64,000 nt of DNA, taken from NCBI GenBank assembly GCA_910579645.1, contig CAJTVK010000005.1, positions 703 through 64,702 on the forward strand, written 5' to 3'. Positions 28,759 through 37,501 of this stretch are shown one piece after another. The DNA comes from an uncultured Lachnospiraceae bacterium. Lineage in GTDB: Bacteria; Bacillota; Clostridia; Lachnospirales; Lachnospiraceae. The notes under the pieces were generated by a model, which saw only the letters and a list, made by a program, of their open reading frames with translations, searched no databases and was not told where the DNA came from. The position numbers and the translations under genes are program-made. Position 1 is the stretch's first letter; each line of letters begins with the position of its first letter.

Positions 28759-29342
28759 TTACACAGGCTCCGCAATCCTCGTCACACCTACATAAATATT
28801 TGATATCTGATACCAAGTAGGGTAATCTACCACACCTGACTGCGGCAGATTAAAGATGCGCTGAAAAGCCCGCACCGCATCCGCCGTCCGGTTTCCGTAT
28901 ATCCCATCCGCCGCAATCACCGGAATGGCCGGATAATTCTGTGCAATACGGTTCAGCTGCTGCTGTATTTGGCGCACCTTATCTCCGGAAGCCCCTACCG
29001 TCAGGTCGTAACCCGGCCAAGAGGACGGAACCCCTGCAATGCTTTCCGCAGAATTGATATACATATCATTTCCGTAATAATAGCGGATAATTTCGATTGC
29101 CGAATACCCTTCGTCGCCAAGGTATTTAGATCCCCACTGACTCAGCCCGCTGCAGGTCACACGCTTGCCGTCACAATAAGAGGTGAAGATAGGCTGCCGC
29201 ACACCGGGACGGGATAAATAATTGGCAAAAATGGAATCCACCAGATAATCAATATTACTGTAGATATTTCTGCCGCGCATCCATTTTTGGTCATATGCCG
29301 TAGAAGATGTGATGGTAAAATTATAGCCCTGGTTCCGGTACC
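28759..29342 (-). CDS. sleC: Spore cortex-lytic enzyme SleC, 3' part (split gene)
   Basis: YRNQGYNFTITSSTAYDQ, YCDG..V.C.GLSQWGS, C-terminal peptidoglycan-binding domain; no own RBS/start. Confidence 0.85.
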
Positions 29343-29436
29343 CCGGAACCACCACTGATTGGTGGTAAAAAGAAACGGCAATGAAGCATTAATGGAAGAA
29401 CAGAATTTCTCGGCACAGAAAGCATATCGGTGTCAT

Positions 29437-31068
29437 TCAGTTCATCCGCAGTCCGATATCCCTCACGGAAATTCGGAACCGAACGCAAATTTCCCCGTCT
29501 TTTACGATGATTTTATCAATCAGCGTGAAAAGAACCATCCGCTTCACATCCGCCCCGGCACTGCGGAATTCCTCCGCCCAATCCGGCGGAGCCGAACTTT
29601 GACGTTCCGCAACGCTGCACCGAATCATTGTCTCATGAAGAATATCCGTTATCCTTTTTCCCTTTTCCTCCCATTCTTTCAATCTCTGCTCTTTTTCCCG
29701 GATTATGGCGAATAACTTTTCTTCGCTGAAACAGTATTCCCCCCTGATTGCTTCCGGCAGCTTTTCCTCCAAAGTCAATATATCCCTCTTCAGTGCCGCC
29801 TCCGCCCGGGATACCTCCCGTAGTTCTTTCTCAGCTTTCTCCCTCTGTTTCTTCTGCCTATTCCTCCATTCTTCTGCCATATCTATGGGCCTTAAATGAC
29901 CAAGGCATATTTCCGCCGCCTGCAGCACCGGCCGTTCCAAATAATTCTGTGAATAGCAGGAACGTTCCCCGCACTTTTCCGGACATAAATACCTGCCGGC
30001 AAAAGAGGTTTTCCTTTCCCCGTCCTTTGTCACCCAATGACTATGATAGCTTCCGTTTTTTAACCGTTTTCCGCAGCAGCCGCAATATGCCAGGCCGAGC
30101 AGCATGAGATGACTCCCTGTGCGGAAAGGTACGCTGCCATTCTCGGCACCGCTCTGCTCCCGCCGGTCTTTGGATGCCTTGATTTTTTCCTTCCTCGCCT
30201 CCCTTATCTGCTGTGCTTTTTCCCACTCCGCGGGAGATACTACTTCCAGTTCTTTCACCGGCTTTTCGGAATAAGTCCATTCCCTCCTATCCGTCCGAGT
30301 CAAGCCCCTATTGTTCCGCCGCCGTCCAATTGCCAGATATCCCATATAAATGGGATTTGTCAATATGCCTCGGACCGTCCCCGCTTTCCATTTTCCGGCG
30401 GAGATTGCGGGAATTTCCAACCGGTTCAGTTCTTTGGCTATCCTCTCATAACCCATTCCCTCCTGCACGGCCAAGCAGTATATTTTTCTTACCACCTCCG
30501 CATGTTCTTCTGACACTTCCAGCTTTTTCAGCATTCTTCCATGATTGCTGGCCAACCCCGACGGTACAAGGCGGTAGCCGAACGGAGCCTTTCCTCCTAC
30601 AAATTTCCCTGACTTGACCAATTCCCTCTGCGTATCCCGCACCCGCATGCCGGTTTTTTTGCTTTCCCCTTCGTTCTGCCAGAACCGAATGTAATTCAGC
30701 AGTTTGTCAATATGCTCTTCCGTTTTCAGCTGCCCGTCCCGGATAGTCCATACCTCTATCCCAAGTCTGTTCAGCGCGGCTACATAGAAGCTGTACTCCT
30801 CCTGCCTGCCTATCCGGTCTGACATATATGCAAGGAGGATGTCAAACTGTCTCTCCTTGGCATCCGACAGAATCTCCTGTAATATTTCCCTGTCCTCCAC
30901 ACCGTTTTTATAAGCGGACACCGCTTTTTCTATATATTCTTTATCAAATTCCCAATCCGTATGCTTTGCAATATATTCTTCCGCTTCCGCCCTCTGCACC
31001 GGTATATCATTGTCATGAAGCTGCTGCCTGGAAGACACCCTAAGTAAAGTCCGTACTTTTTTCCCCAC
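29437..31068 (-). CDS. Large serine recombinase (SpoIVCA/CisA-like)
   Basis: RVSS..Q catalytic motif, DRIGR, GG.APFGY, ILTNPIYMG, CGCCG zinc ribbon, coiled coil; GGAGGTG RBS. Confidence 0.92.
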   Translation of the reverse strand: MGKKVRTLLRVSSRQQLHDNDIPVQRAEAEEYIAKHTDWEFDKEYIEKAVSAYKNGVEDREILQEILSDAKERQFDILLAYMSDRIGRQEEYSFYVAALNRLGIEVWTIRDGQLKTEEHIDKLLNYIRFWQNEGESKKTGMRVRDTQRELVKSGKFVGGKAPFGYRLVPSGLASNHGRMLKKLEVSEEHAEVVRKIYCLAVQEGMGYERIAKELNRLEIPAISAGKWKAGTVRGILTNPIYMGYLAIGRRRNNRGLTRTDRREWTYSEKPVKELEVVSPAEWEKAQQIREARKEKIKASKDRREQSGAENGSVPFRTGSHLMLLGLAYCGCCGKRLKNGSYHSHWVTKDGERKTSFAGRYLCPEKCGERSCYSQNYLERPVLQAAEICLGHLRPIDMAEEWRNRQKKQREKAEKELREVSRAEAALKRDILTLEEKLPEAIRGEYCFSEEKLFAIIREKEQRLKEWEEKGKRITDILHETMIRCSVAERQSSAPPDWAEEFRSAGADVKRMVLFTLIDKIIVKDGEICVRFRISVRDIGLRMN

Positions 31069-31249
31069 AGGCCTTCACCTCCCGCTCCAATTTCCGCAGA
31101 TATATTTCCTTCAGGCTGTCAGCCAGTTCCCTTTCTGCCTTTTCGTCGGGCTGCACCGGAAATTCCAATATCATTTTTATCTCTTTCTTTTTCTCATATG
31201 CCACATATTCTATCCGGTTTTCCGCACACACTGCCGCACGTTCCCCCAC
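31040..31249 (-). CDS. Small protein overlapping recombinase start (candidate accessory factor)
   Basis: AAAGGA RBS before GTG 31249; overlaps recombinase 5' end. Confidence 0.5.
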   Translation of the reverse strand: MGERAAVCAENRIEYVAYEKKKEIKMILEFPVQPDEKAERELADSLKEIYLRKLEREVKACGEKSTDFT

Positions 31250-31557
31250 TTCTTCCTTTCCTACATGGTTATGCATCTTTTCTTTTTTGTATGCGCTCCG
31301 TTACGTCACACGGCTAACAAGAAACTCCGCTCATCGAGCAGGGAAAAATCACCTTATCAAGTTTCTGTTCGTAATTTCAAGAACTTTGCTGCACCACTTC
31401 CTCCATCCATACCATTACTGATACCGACTTGTGATTCACTACACTTGGCGGTAAAAACCCGCTAACATGATTAGTGCCATGGTCGGCATACAAAAATGAC
31501 ATTGGCTTCCCTGCCAATGTCACCGTAAAACCGCCATATTCCGCTTTCATGCCCTAT

Positions 31558-32622
31558 TTAGAGTCCCGTAATATCTATTGCATGCATATAAGCATCCGAC
31601 CCTCTCGTGCAGGTCAGACTCAGTTTCTTTCCCTTAACCAATACTTTGCAGTTGCTGACACTGTTCACCACATCCATCTTCAGCTGCATCTCGCCTTGCG
31701 GCGTATCAAAATACAAAATGCTTTCGCTGGACTTAGAGCCTACCGTACCTGTCACGGTGGCCACATCCGCAGTATTCATCTGCACCATGGAAGGGCTGTC
31801 CTTCACTCCCACTATGCTGGCTGCATGAAGATAGGCATCCGATCCGTTATAATAGGAAACGGTCAGTTTATTGCCCGGTGTCAGCACCATGCCGCTCCTG
31901 GCATCCGTGCTGCCGTCTATCACGAACTGCATTTCCCCGCCGCTGGTTGACAGGTAAAGAAGATCCTCCCGGGTACTCTCGGCCACGGTGCCGGAAACCG
32001 ACGCGGTAGTCCCATTCACCGGCACAGTAGGCGCAGGCCCCACCGCCGACGGTGAAGATACGGTCAGCATATCCGAAATGCTCACCGCATGCATATAGGC
32101 ATCGGAGCCCCGCACGCAGGTAATGCTGTACTCCTTGTCCATGACAAGAACCTTACAGCCGCTCATATTCGTGGAGGGATCCAGCTTAATCTGCATTTCC
32201 CCCTGCGGCGTGTTAAAATATATAATCTCACTGGTCGTCTTATCTCCAATCTTCCCCGTTACCGTGGCTGACGTAGAAAAATCAAGCGTCGTCGTAGATA
32301 CCGGTGCCTCGGTAGTAACCTGCACCGCATGCAGATATCCGTCCGTGCCATGGGACAAGGACACGGTAATCTGCTTACCCGGCAGCAGTATTTTGCAGCT
32401 GCTGGTATCCGTTCCGCTGTCCAGCTTAATTTCCATATCTCCCTCTTTCGTGGAAAGCTTCAGCAAATCAGATGTGGTTCCCGACATAACTTTTCCCTGT
32501 ACCGTCGCCACAATGACTGACGATGCCTGTACCGGCAGCATCAGCATCCCCACTGCCGCGCAGACTGCCAGTACTGCATTGCGAAAATAGCGGTGAATTT
32601 CAGTGCCTGATTTTTTTCCCAT
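31558..32622 (-). CDS. Secreted protein with four internal ~65-aa repeats
   Basis: Signal peptide (VQA cleavage-like); 4x ATV.G....T..GEMQ..D...GSDAY.HA. Confidence 0.75.
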   Translation of the reverse strand: MGKKSGTEIHRYFRNAVLAVCAAVGMLMLPVQASSVIVATVQGKVMSGTTSDLLKLSTKEGDMEIKLDSGTDTSSCKILLPGKQITVSLSHGTDGYLHAVQVTTEAPVSTTTLDFSTSATVTGKIGDKTTSEIIYFNTPQGEMQIKLDPSTNMSGCKVLVMDKEYSITCVRGSDAYMHAVSISDMLTVSSPSAVGPAPTVPVNGTTASVSGTVAESTREDLLYLSTSGGEMQFVIDGSTDARSGMVLTPGNKLTVSYYNGSDAYLHAASIVGVKDSPSMVQMNTADVATVTGTVGSKSSESILYFDTPQGEMQLKMDVVNSVSNCKVLVKGKKLSLTCTRGSDAYMHAIDITGL

Positions 32623-32729
32623 AACTCAGCCTCCCGTAAAATATAGCAAACAGTCAATGTCATTTCCTTTTACTTATTCTGTAACCCATCATACAATACT
32701 TATTTCGCAAAGTCAACAATTCGGCTCTA

Positions 32730-32870
32730 AGAATCACTTTCATGCCGTCGTCCACTAATGCTTCCTCGTAATGCCTATCCGCAATCTGTTTCAAAGTTTC
32801 CCCGCATGCGGTATCGAACGAAGCATCCTCGGCATATTTGATCTCAATGACAATGCCTATTTCTTTCTCT
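32730..32870 (-). pseudogene. Remnant of PD-(D/E)XK nuclease C-terminus (AAA-ATPase-associated family)
   Basis: GIVIEIKYAE...LKQI..R.Y...L..DG fragment only. Confidence 0.55.
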
Positions 32871-32923
32871 TCCTCACAGAATGGAAAATTCGTCTCCATG
32901 CCTCGGCTCCCCTTCATAACCAG

Positions 32924-33621
32924 TGGTTCCGGTACCACTCCGTATATACCCTATTAAGCGTCACCGACATAATAGCCAATATATTGGCATAGACCGCATT
33001 TTCCGGCCAGGTGGCATATATTTCGGAGGAAGCCACATTTTTGATATAGTCCTTATATCTGACATAATAATTAGGTGCCGTAGGGTCACTTGGCACGCCG
33101 TCATGCACCACTACGAATTCCGGTATGACCACTCTGCTAAGTACGATTTCCCCCGTTTCATCCATAGGCTTGATTTCGTCCTCCGGTATTTTCGGCGGAT
33201 ATTCCCCGTACAGGGTATGATCCGGTATGACAATGGTTTCCTCTTCCTGCTCTTCCGTCTCTGTGGGAGTCATTTCCACGGACTGCAGCGCAAGCGTATC
33301 CGCCAATATCTCCGTTCCCGAAATAGTCACCGGCTCATAACCCGGCGCATTGACTTCTATATTGTACTCCGAGTACGGCTGCTCGCTTCCCGGCTCCAGG
33401 CTATATTCCAACGGCGGCGCAGGAAGCCCTATCTCCTCAGTTTGTCCCGATATGTCGGTATCCAATGTTTCGATAATGGAATCCGGCATCCCTTTGTAGG
33501 AAATTTTCACCGTGGCATCCCGGACCGGTATGAAACCCACAGTGGATGTGACGCTGACTTTCAGATTCCCCGCATAAGGGCTGTCAACTCTCTGCGCGGC
33601 ATGAATGATATTGAAGGGCAT
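32924..33621 (-). CDS. sleC: Spore cortex-lytic enzyme SleC, 5' part (split gene)
   Basis: PYSEY, VVVHDG.P, YKDYIKNVASSEIYATWP, LNRVYTEWYRN then diverges at the repeat. Confidence 0.85.
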
Positions 33622-33625
33622 AAAA

Positions 33626-33680
33626 AAACCTCTGCATATTTATTTACCACATTATATGCAGAGGTTTCCCGGTTGTGCGC
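33626..33680 (-). promoter_or_regulatory. sigmaK/E-type promoter of sleC within an RBS-sequestering inverted repeat
   Basis: Minus strand AC-N16-CATATAAT; 14-bp IR AAACCTCTGCATAT (33626-33639)/ATATGCAGAGGTTT (33654-33667). Confidence 0.6.
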
Positions 33681-33762
33681 CGGGGCATCTCCCAAACATG
33701 CTGCGGCGCACAACCGGGAGATGCTTTTTTATTCCATATTCTTATTCCATATCCTATTCCGC

Positions 33763-35982
33763 TTATTTGGTAAGCAGCATCATAATATCATTGCTTCTTG
33801 CAATGAATTTCGTCATTGCTTCCGGTGCCAGCGGCGCGTTCTGAATCTGTGCCAAATCATACAGCTGCTCACAGATCATCGTCACATTTTCACCTTCTTT
33901 ATTCTCCAATACATACTGCACCAACGGATGCTCCGCATTGAGGACAAGGGTTTCCCCTTCTTTGCCGAACATGCCCATGTCAGCACCGTTCATGGAATAC
34001 ATGCGCATCATATCCTGCATACGCCTGCTTTCCTCGGAAATGGTAATCATGGAAGAAATCTTCTTATCCTTCAGCTTCTCCACCTTTACGGTAAGGTTTT
34101 CTTTCTTCAAGGCCTTTTTCATGATTTCGGCCATTTCCCCGGCCTTTTCCTCCAGCTCCTTCGCCGTCTCCTCGGAAGTCTCCGCCTTCATGGAATCCGT
34201 CACGTCGGCGTCGATACGCATAAACCGGATTCCTTCGTTCTTCGCTTCCAGTTGGGAAATAAAGGGCTGGTCAATGCTGTGAGTCAGGATAACCGCATCC
34301 ATTTTGGCCTCTTTGAACATATTGATATACTGGCTCTGCTGCTGTTCGTCCGTCACATAATAAATGATTTTCTCTTTCTTCTCTTCTTCGGCCTCTCCCT
34401 CTTCGGCCTCTTCCTCTTCTTCGTCTACGATTTCGGCATCCACTTTATTGCCGTCCTCATCCACCGCTTCCGCTTTGCTTTCCTCCGCATTTTCCGGTTC
34501 CGCAGTACTTTCTTCCGCCGTTTTACTATCCCCGGCTGCCGCACCTTCCGCCGCTTTTTCCGTCTCCGGCGTTTCCTGTCCGCTGCTCTCTCCGCCGTCG
34601 GTATTCTCCTGTCCGCTGCTCTCTCCGCCGTCGGCATTCTCCTGTCCGCCGTCTTTATTGATTTCCAGGCATTCCGGCAAAGTCAGATATTTTCCTTCCA
34701 GATTCTTAAAGAGAATATAATCCGTCATCTTTTCACAGAACTTATCATCCTTCAGACAGCCGAACTTAATAAACGGACTGATGTCGTCCCAATATTTATC
34801 GTACTCCTCCTTCTCCGTCTTGCACATGCCGGACAGCTTATCCGCCACCTTCTTGGAAATATAATCGGAAATCTTCTTCACGAACCCGTCATTCTGCAGC
34901 GCGCTCCTTGAAACGTTCAGCGGCAGATCCGGGCAGTCAATGACCCCTTTCAGCAAAAGCAGGAATTCCGGAATGACTTCCTTGATGTTATCCGCTATGA
35001 ATACTTGATTGTTATATAGTTTTATCGTGCCCTCGATGGATTCATATTCCATGTTAATCTTCGGGAAATACAAGATGCCCTTCAGATTAAAAGGATAATC
35101 CATATTCAGATGAATCCAGAACAACGGCTCCTTGTAATCTTGGAATACTTTACGGTAGAATTCCAGATACTCTTCCTTCGTGCAGTCATTGGGATGCTTT
35201 GTCCACAGAGGAGCCGTCTCATTGAGAAGTTCCGGCCGTCTGATAATTTTCAGCTTCTGCTCGTCCTCCTCTTTCTCCTTTGCAATCTCCTCTACCACCG
35301 TATCGGTATCCAGCTTCTCCTCCGCCTTTATAATCTGGGTTTCCTTGGTATTTTCCTTCTCCAGATAAATCTCGGTAGGCATGAAGGAACAGTATTTCTT
35401 AATGACTTCCCTTGCCTTGTACTCATTGCAGAACTCCAGACAGTCCTCATTGATATGGAGCGTAATCTCCGTCCCCACTTCCGTCCGCGTGCCTTCCTCC
35501 ATGTCAAACTCGGTGCCTCCGTCGCATACCCAATGCACCGGCACGGCATTCTCCTTATAGGACAGGGAATCAATATGCACCTGATCCGCTACCATGAAAG
35601 CGGAATAGAAACCTAATCCGAAATGACCGATAATCTGATCCTCATTGGTCTTGTCCTTATATTTTTCAAAGAAATCCGTCGCTCCGGAGAAAGCAATCTG
35701 ATTGATATACTCTTCCACTTCCTCCGCCGTCATGCCGATACCGTTGTCAATGAATTTCAGCGTCTTCTCTTCCGGATTCACAAGCACCCGTATCTTTGCC
35801 TTGTAGTCATCCGGCAGGGTACATTCCCCCATCATCTCCAGTTTCTTCAGTTTCGTGATTGCGTCACATCCGTTGGAAATAAGTTCCCTCATGAAAATAT
35901 CATGATCCGAATAAAGCCATTTCTTAATGATTGGAAAAATATTATCGCTGTTAATCGATAAATTGCCATGCTTTGCTGCCAT
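33763..35982 (-). CDS. htpG: Chaperone HtpG (Hsp90) with acidic insertion
   Basis: RELISN, DNGIGMT, IGHFGLGFYS, LPLNVSR. Confidence 0.95.
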   Translation of the reverse strand: MAAKHGNLSINSDNIFPIIKKWLYSDHDIFMRELISNGCDAITKLKKLEMMGECTLPDDYKAKIRVLVNPEEKTLKFIDNGIGMTAEEVEEYINQIAFSGATDFFEKYKDKTNEDQIIGHFGLGFYSAFMVADQVHIDSLSYKENAVPVHWVCDGGTEFDMEEGTRTEVGTEITLHINEDCLEFCNEYKAREVIKKYCSFMPTEIYLEKENTKETQIIKAEEKLDTDTVVEEIAKEKEEDEQKLKIIRRPELLNETAPLWTKHPNDCTKEEYLEFYRKVFQDYKEPLFWIHLNMDYPFNLKGILYFPKINMEYESIEGTIKLYNNQVFIADNIKEVIPEFLLLLKGVIDCPDLPLNVSRSALQNDGFVKKISDYISKKVADKLSGMCKTEKEEYDKYWDDISPFIKFGCLKDDKFCEKMTDYILFKNLEGKYLTLPECLEINKDGGQENADGGESSGQENTDGGESSGQETPETEKAAEGAAAGDSKTAEESTAEPENAEESKAEAVDEDGNKVDAEIVDEEEEEAEEGEAEEEKKEKIIYYVTDEQQQSQYINMFKEAKMDAVILTHSIDQPFISQLEAKNEGIRFMRIDADVTDSMKAETSEETAKELEEKAGEMAEIMKKALKKENLTVKVEKLKDKKISSMITISEESRRMQDMMRMYSMNGADMGMFGKEGETLVLNAEHPLVQYVLENKEGENVTMICEQLYDLAQIQNAPLAPEAMTKFIARSNDIMMLLTK
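34574..34649. repeat. 33-bp tandem repeat (2.3 copies) in htpG acidic insertion
   Basis: TCCTGTCCGCTGCTCTCTCCGCCGTCGG(T/C)ATTC; encodes EN(A/T)DGGESSGQ. Confidence 0.8.
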
Positions 35983-36122
35983 ATTGAGCCACTTCCTTTT
36001 CTTCTTACTTTTCTTATTTTCCCTTTGCTTCCCGATATTGAAAATATCCGTTCCGTCCGGCCGGTGCGTGCCTTATCCTTCCTTGCTGCCGCCTGCACGC
36101 TCTCCTCCCGGCGCATAATCAA

Positions 36123-36185
36123 AGTTTAATTCCTCTCCGCAAAAAAGTCAAGAGAAAATTAGCACTCATTTAAAACGAGTGCTAA
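36123..36185 (-). promoter_or_regulatory. htpG sigmaA promoter with CIRCE (HrcA operator)
   Basis: Perfect TTAGCACTC-N9-GAGTGCTAA at 36159-36185; TTGACT-N17-TAAACT on minus strand. Confidence 0.92.
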
Positions 36186-36388
36186 TAACAGCCATTTTCC
36201 CCAGTATTTATGCGGATTTGCGCATTTCTAAAATTTTCGTAAACTCTTTAAACAACGCTTATACCTACGCCCCAAAACCGGCCTATGCCTTCCGCTGCGC
36301 TGTCTGCCACGCCGGCTCTGCCGTTCCGTGCGGCCGGAAATCAGAAATCCGCTTTGCACGGAACTCTGATTTCCGGCCGCACGGGGCG

Positions 36389-37498
36389 CTACTCCTCCGC
36401 CGCAAAATACTTCCCGTAAATGTCAAAAAAATCGGAAGTCGTCACTGCCTCGTTATGGATAAACGCCACCTGCCCCCACACTTCCTCGTTCAGATTTCTG
36501 GTCAGTGACTTCACAAACGTATCATACTCCTGTCCAAACACCTCTTTTTTCCGTTCTTCCACAATCTTTACCTTATTCGCGTCGGTTTCCGCCCGGTCAA
36601 AAGTACTGATGCACTTAATGATATGATACCCGAACTTTGTCTCCACAATATCGCTGATTTCCCCTTTCCCCAGGTTAAAAGCTGCCTCCTCGAAAGCCGG
36701 CTCCATATCCCCTTTGCCGAAAGAGTAAGTCCCTTTGCTGTCCTCGCTGTACCGCTCCACCAGCTGTTCAAAGTCCGTCCCTTCCTCCTCGTCCCTGGCC
36801 AGTTCCAGCACTTCCTCAGCCAGCTGATAAGCTTCCTCCTTCGCCGCTGCCGTATACTCAATCTTTTCCCCGGATCCGTCCAAAGCGTACGTCCGGATCA
36901 GCACATGCTGCACCGTAATGGTACGCGCCTCATCGTCGCTGATTTCCGGATTAATGTCGCGGATAATGAAATTATATACTTTATTGGCAAGCCCGTACTC
37001 CGCATACAGCTTCTCAATCAGTTCCTCCGACACACCCATCAGTTCCCGTTCCGTATCGTTCAGGGAGCCATAGTATTCTTTTGCCGCCGCCGCCGCATAT
37101 CCCTTCTCCTGCGCAGTCAGTTCCACCCCATGCTCCGCCGCCAGCAGATTCATGGATTTAATCTGCGCAATCCGGGCCAAGGCAGTATCTTTGATGTTCT
37201 GCTCCAGCGTAATGCCTTCCGCCTTTGCCTGCCATATCTCCGGCCCGTACACGCTCTCATACTGATTCTGGGTATTGGTCAGATAGACCATGATTTCCGG
37301 CAGCGTGCAGGAAATGCTTTCAATGCGGAATATCTCGTCTCTGGCAAATCCGGTAGTCAGCACTACCTTCGTATTTGCATCCTCCTTTCCGCTGCCGCAG
37401 CCCGCCGTAAGTGCCCCCAGCAAAACCATGGCCGTCCATAGCCTCATCCGCCTTCCCAATGACCCGATGCATTCCCGAAATTTCCGATTCCCTGTCAC
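36389..37498 (-). CDS. Parvulin-type peptidyl-prolyl isomerase lipoprotein (PrsA-like)
   Basis: Lipobox TAGC; HVLI, YSED, FEEAAF, ETKFGYHII. Confidence 0.85.
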   Translation of the reverse strand: MTGNRKFRECIGSLGRRMRLWTAMVLLGALTAGCGSGKEDANTKVVLTTGFARDEIFRIESISCTLPEIMVYLTNTQNQYESVYGPEIWQAKAEGITLEQNIKDTALARIAQIKSMNLLAAEHGVELTAQEKGYAAAAAKEYYGSLNDTERELMGVSEELIEKLYAEYGLANKVYNFIIRDINPEISDDEARTITVQHVLIRTYALDGSGEKIEYTAAAKEEAYQLAEEVLELARDEEEGTDFEQLVERYSEDSKGTYSFGKGDMEPAFEEAAFNLGKGEISDIVETKFGYHIIKCISTFDRAETDANKVKIVEERKKEVFGQEYDTFVKSLTRNLNEEVWGQVAFIHNEAVTTSDFFDIYGKYFAAEE

Positions 37499-37501
37499 GC
37501 C

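Larger units (their letters stand above)
29330..32936. mobile_element. skin-like excisable element interrupting sleC (3594 bp between cores)
   Basis: Direct repeat TGGTTCCGGTACC at 29330-29342 and 32924-32936; encodes large serine recombinase. Confidence 0.88.

Noticed and set aside
29343..29355. GTG 29355 as independent start of the sleC 3' half
   Set aside because: Lies inside the att inverted repeat with no RBS; the first residues MVVPG are element-derived
32923..34911. 662-aa + strand ORF and similar long antisense ORFs (27459, 41784, 49268, 62306)
   Set aside because: Antisense shadows of well-supported minus-strand genes in GC-rich DNA; no motifs
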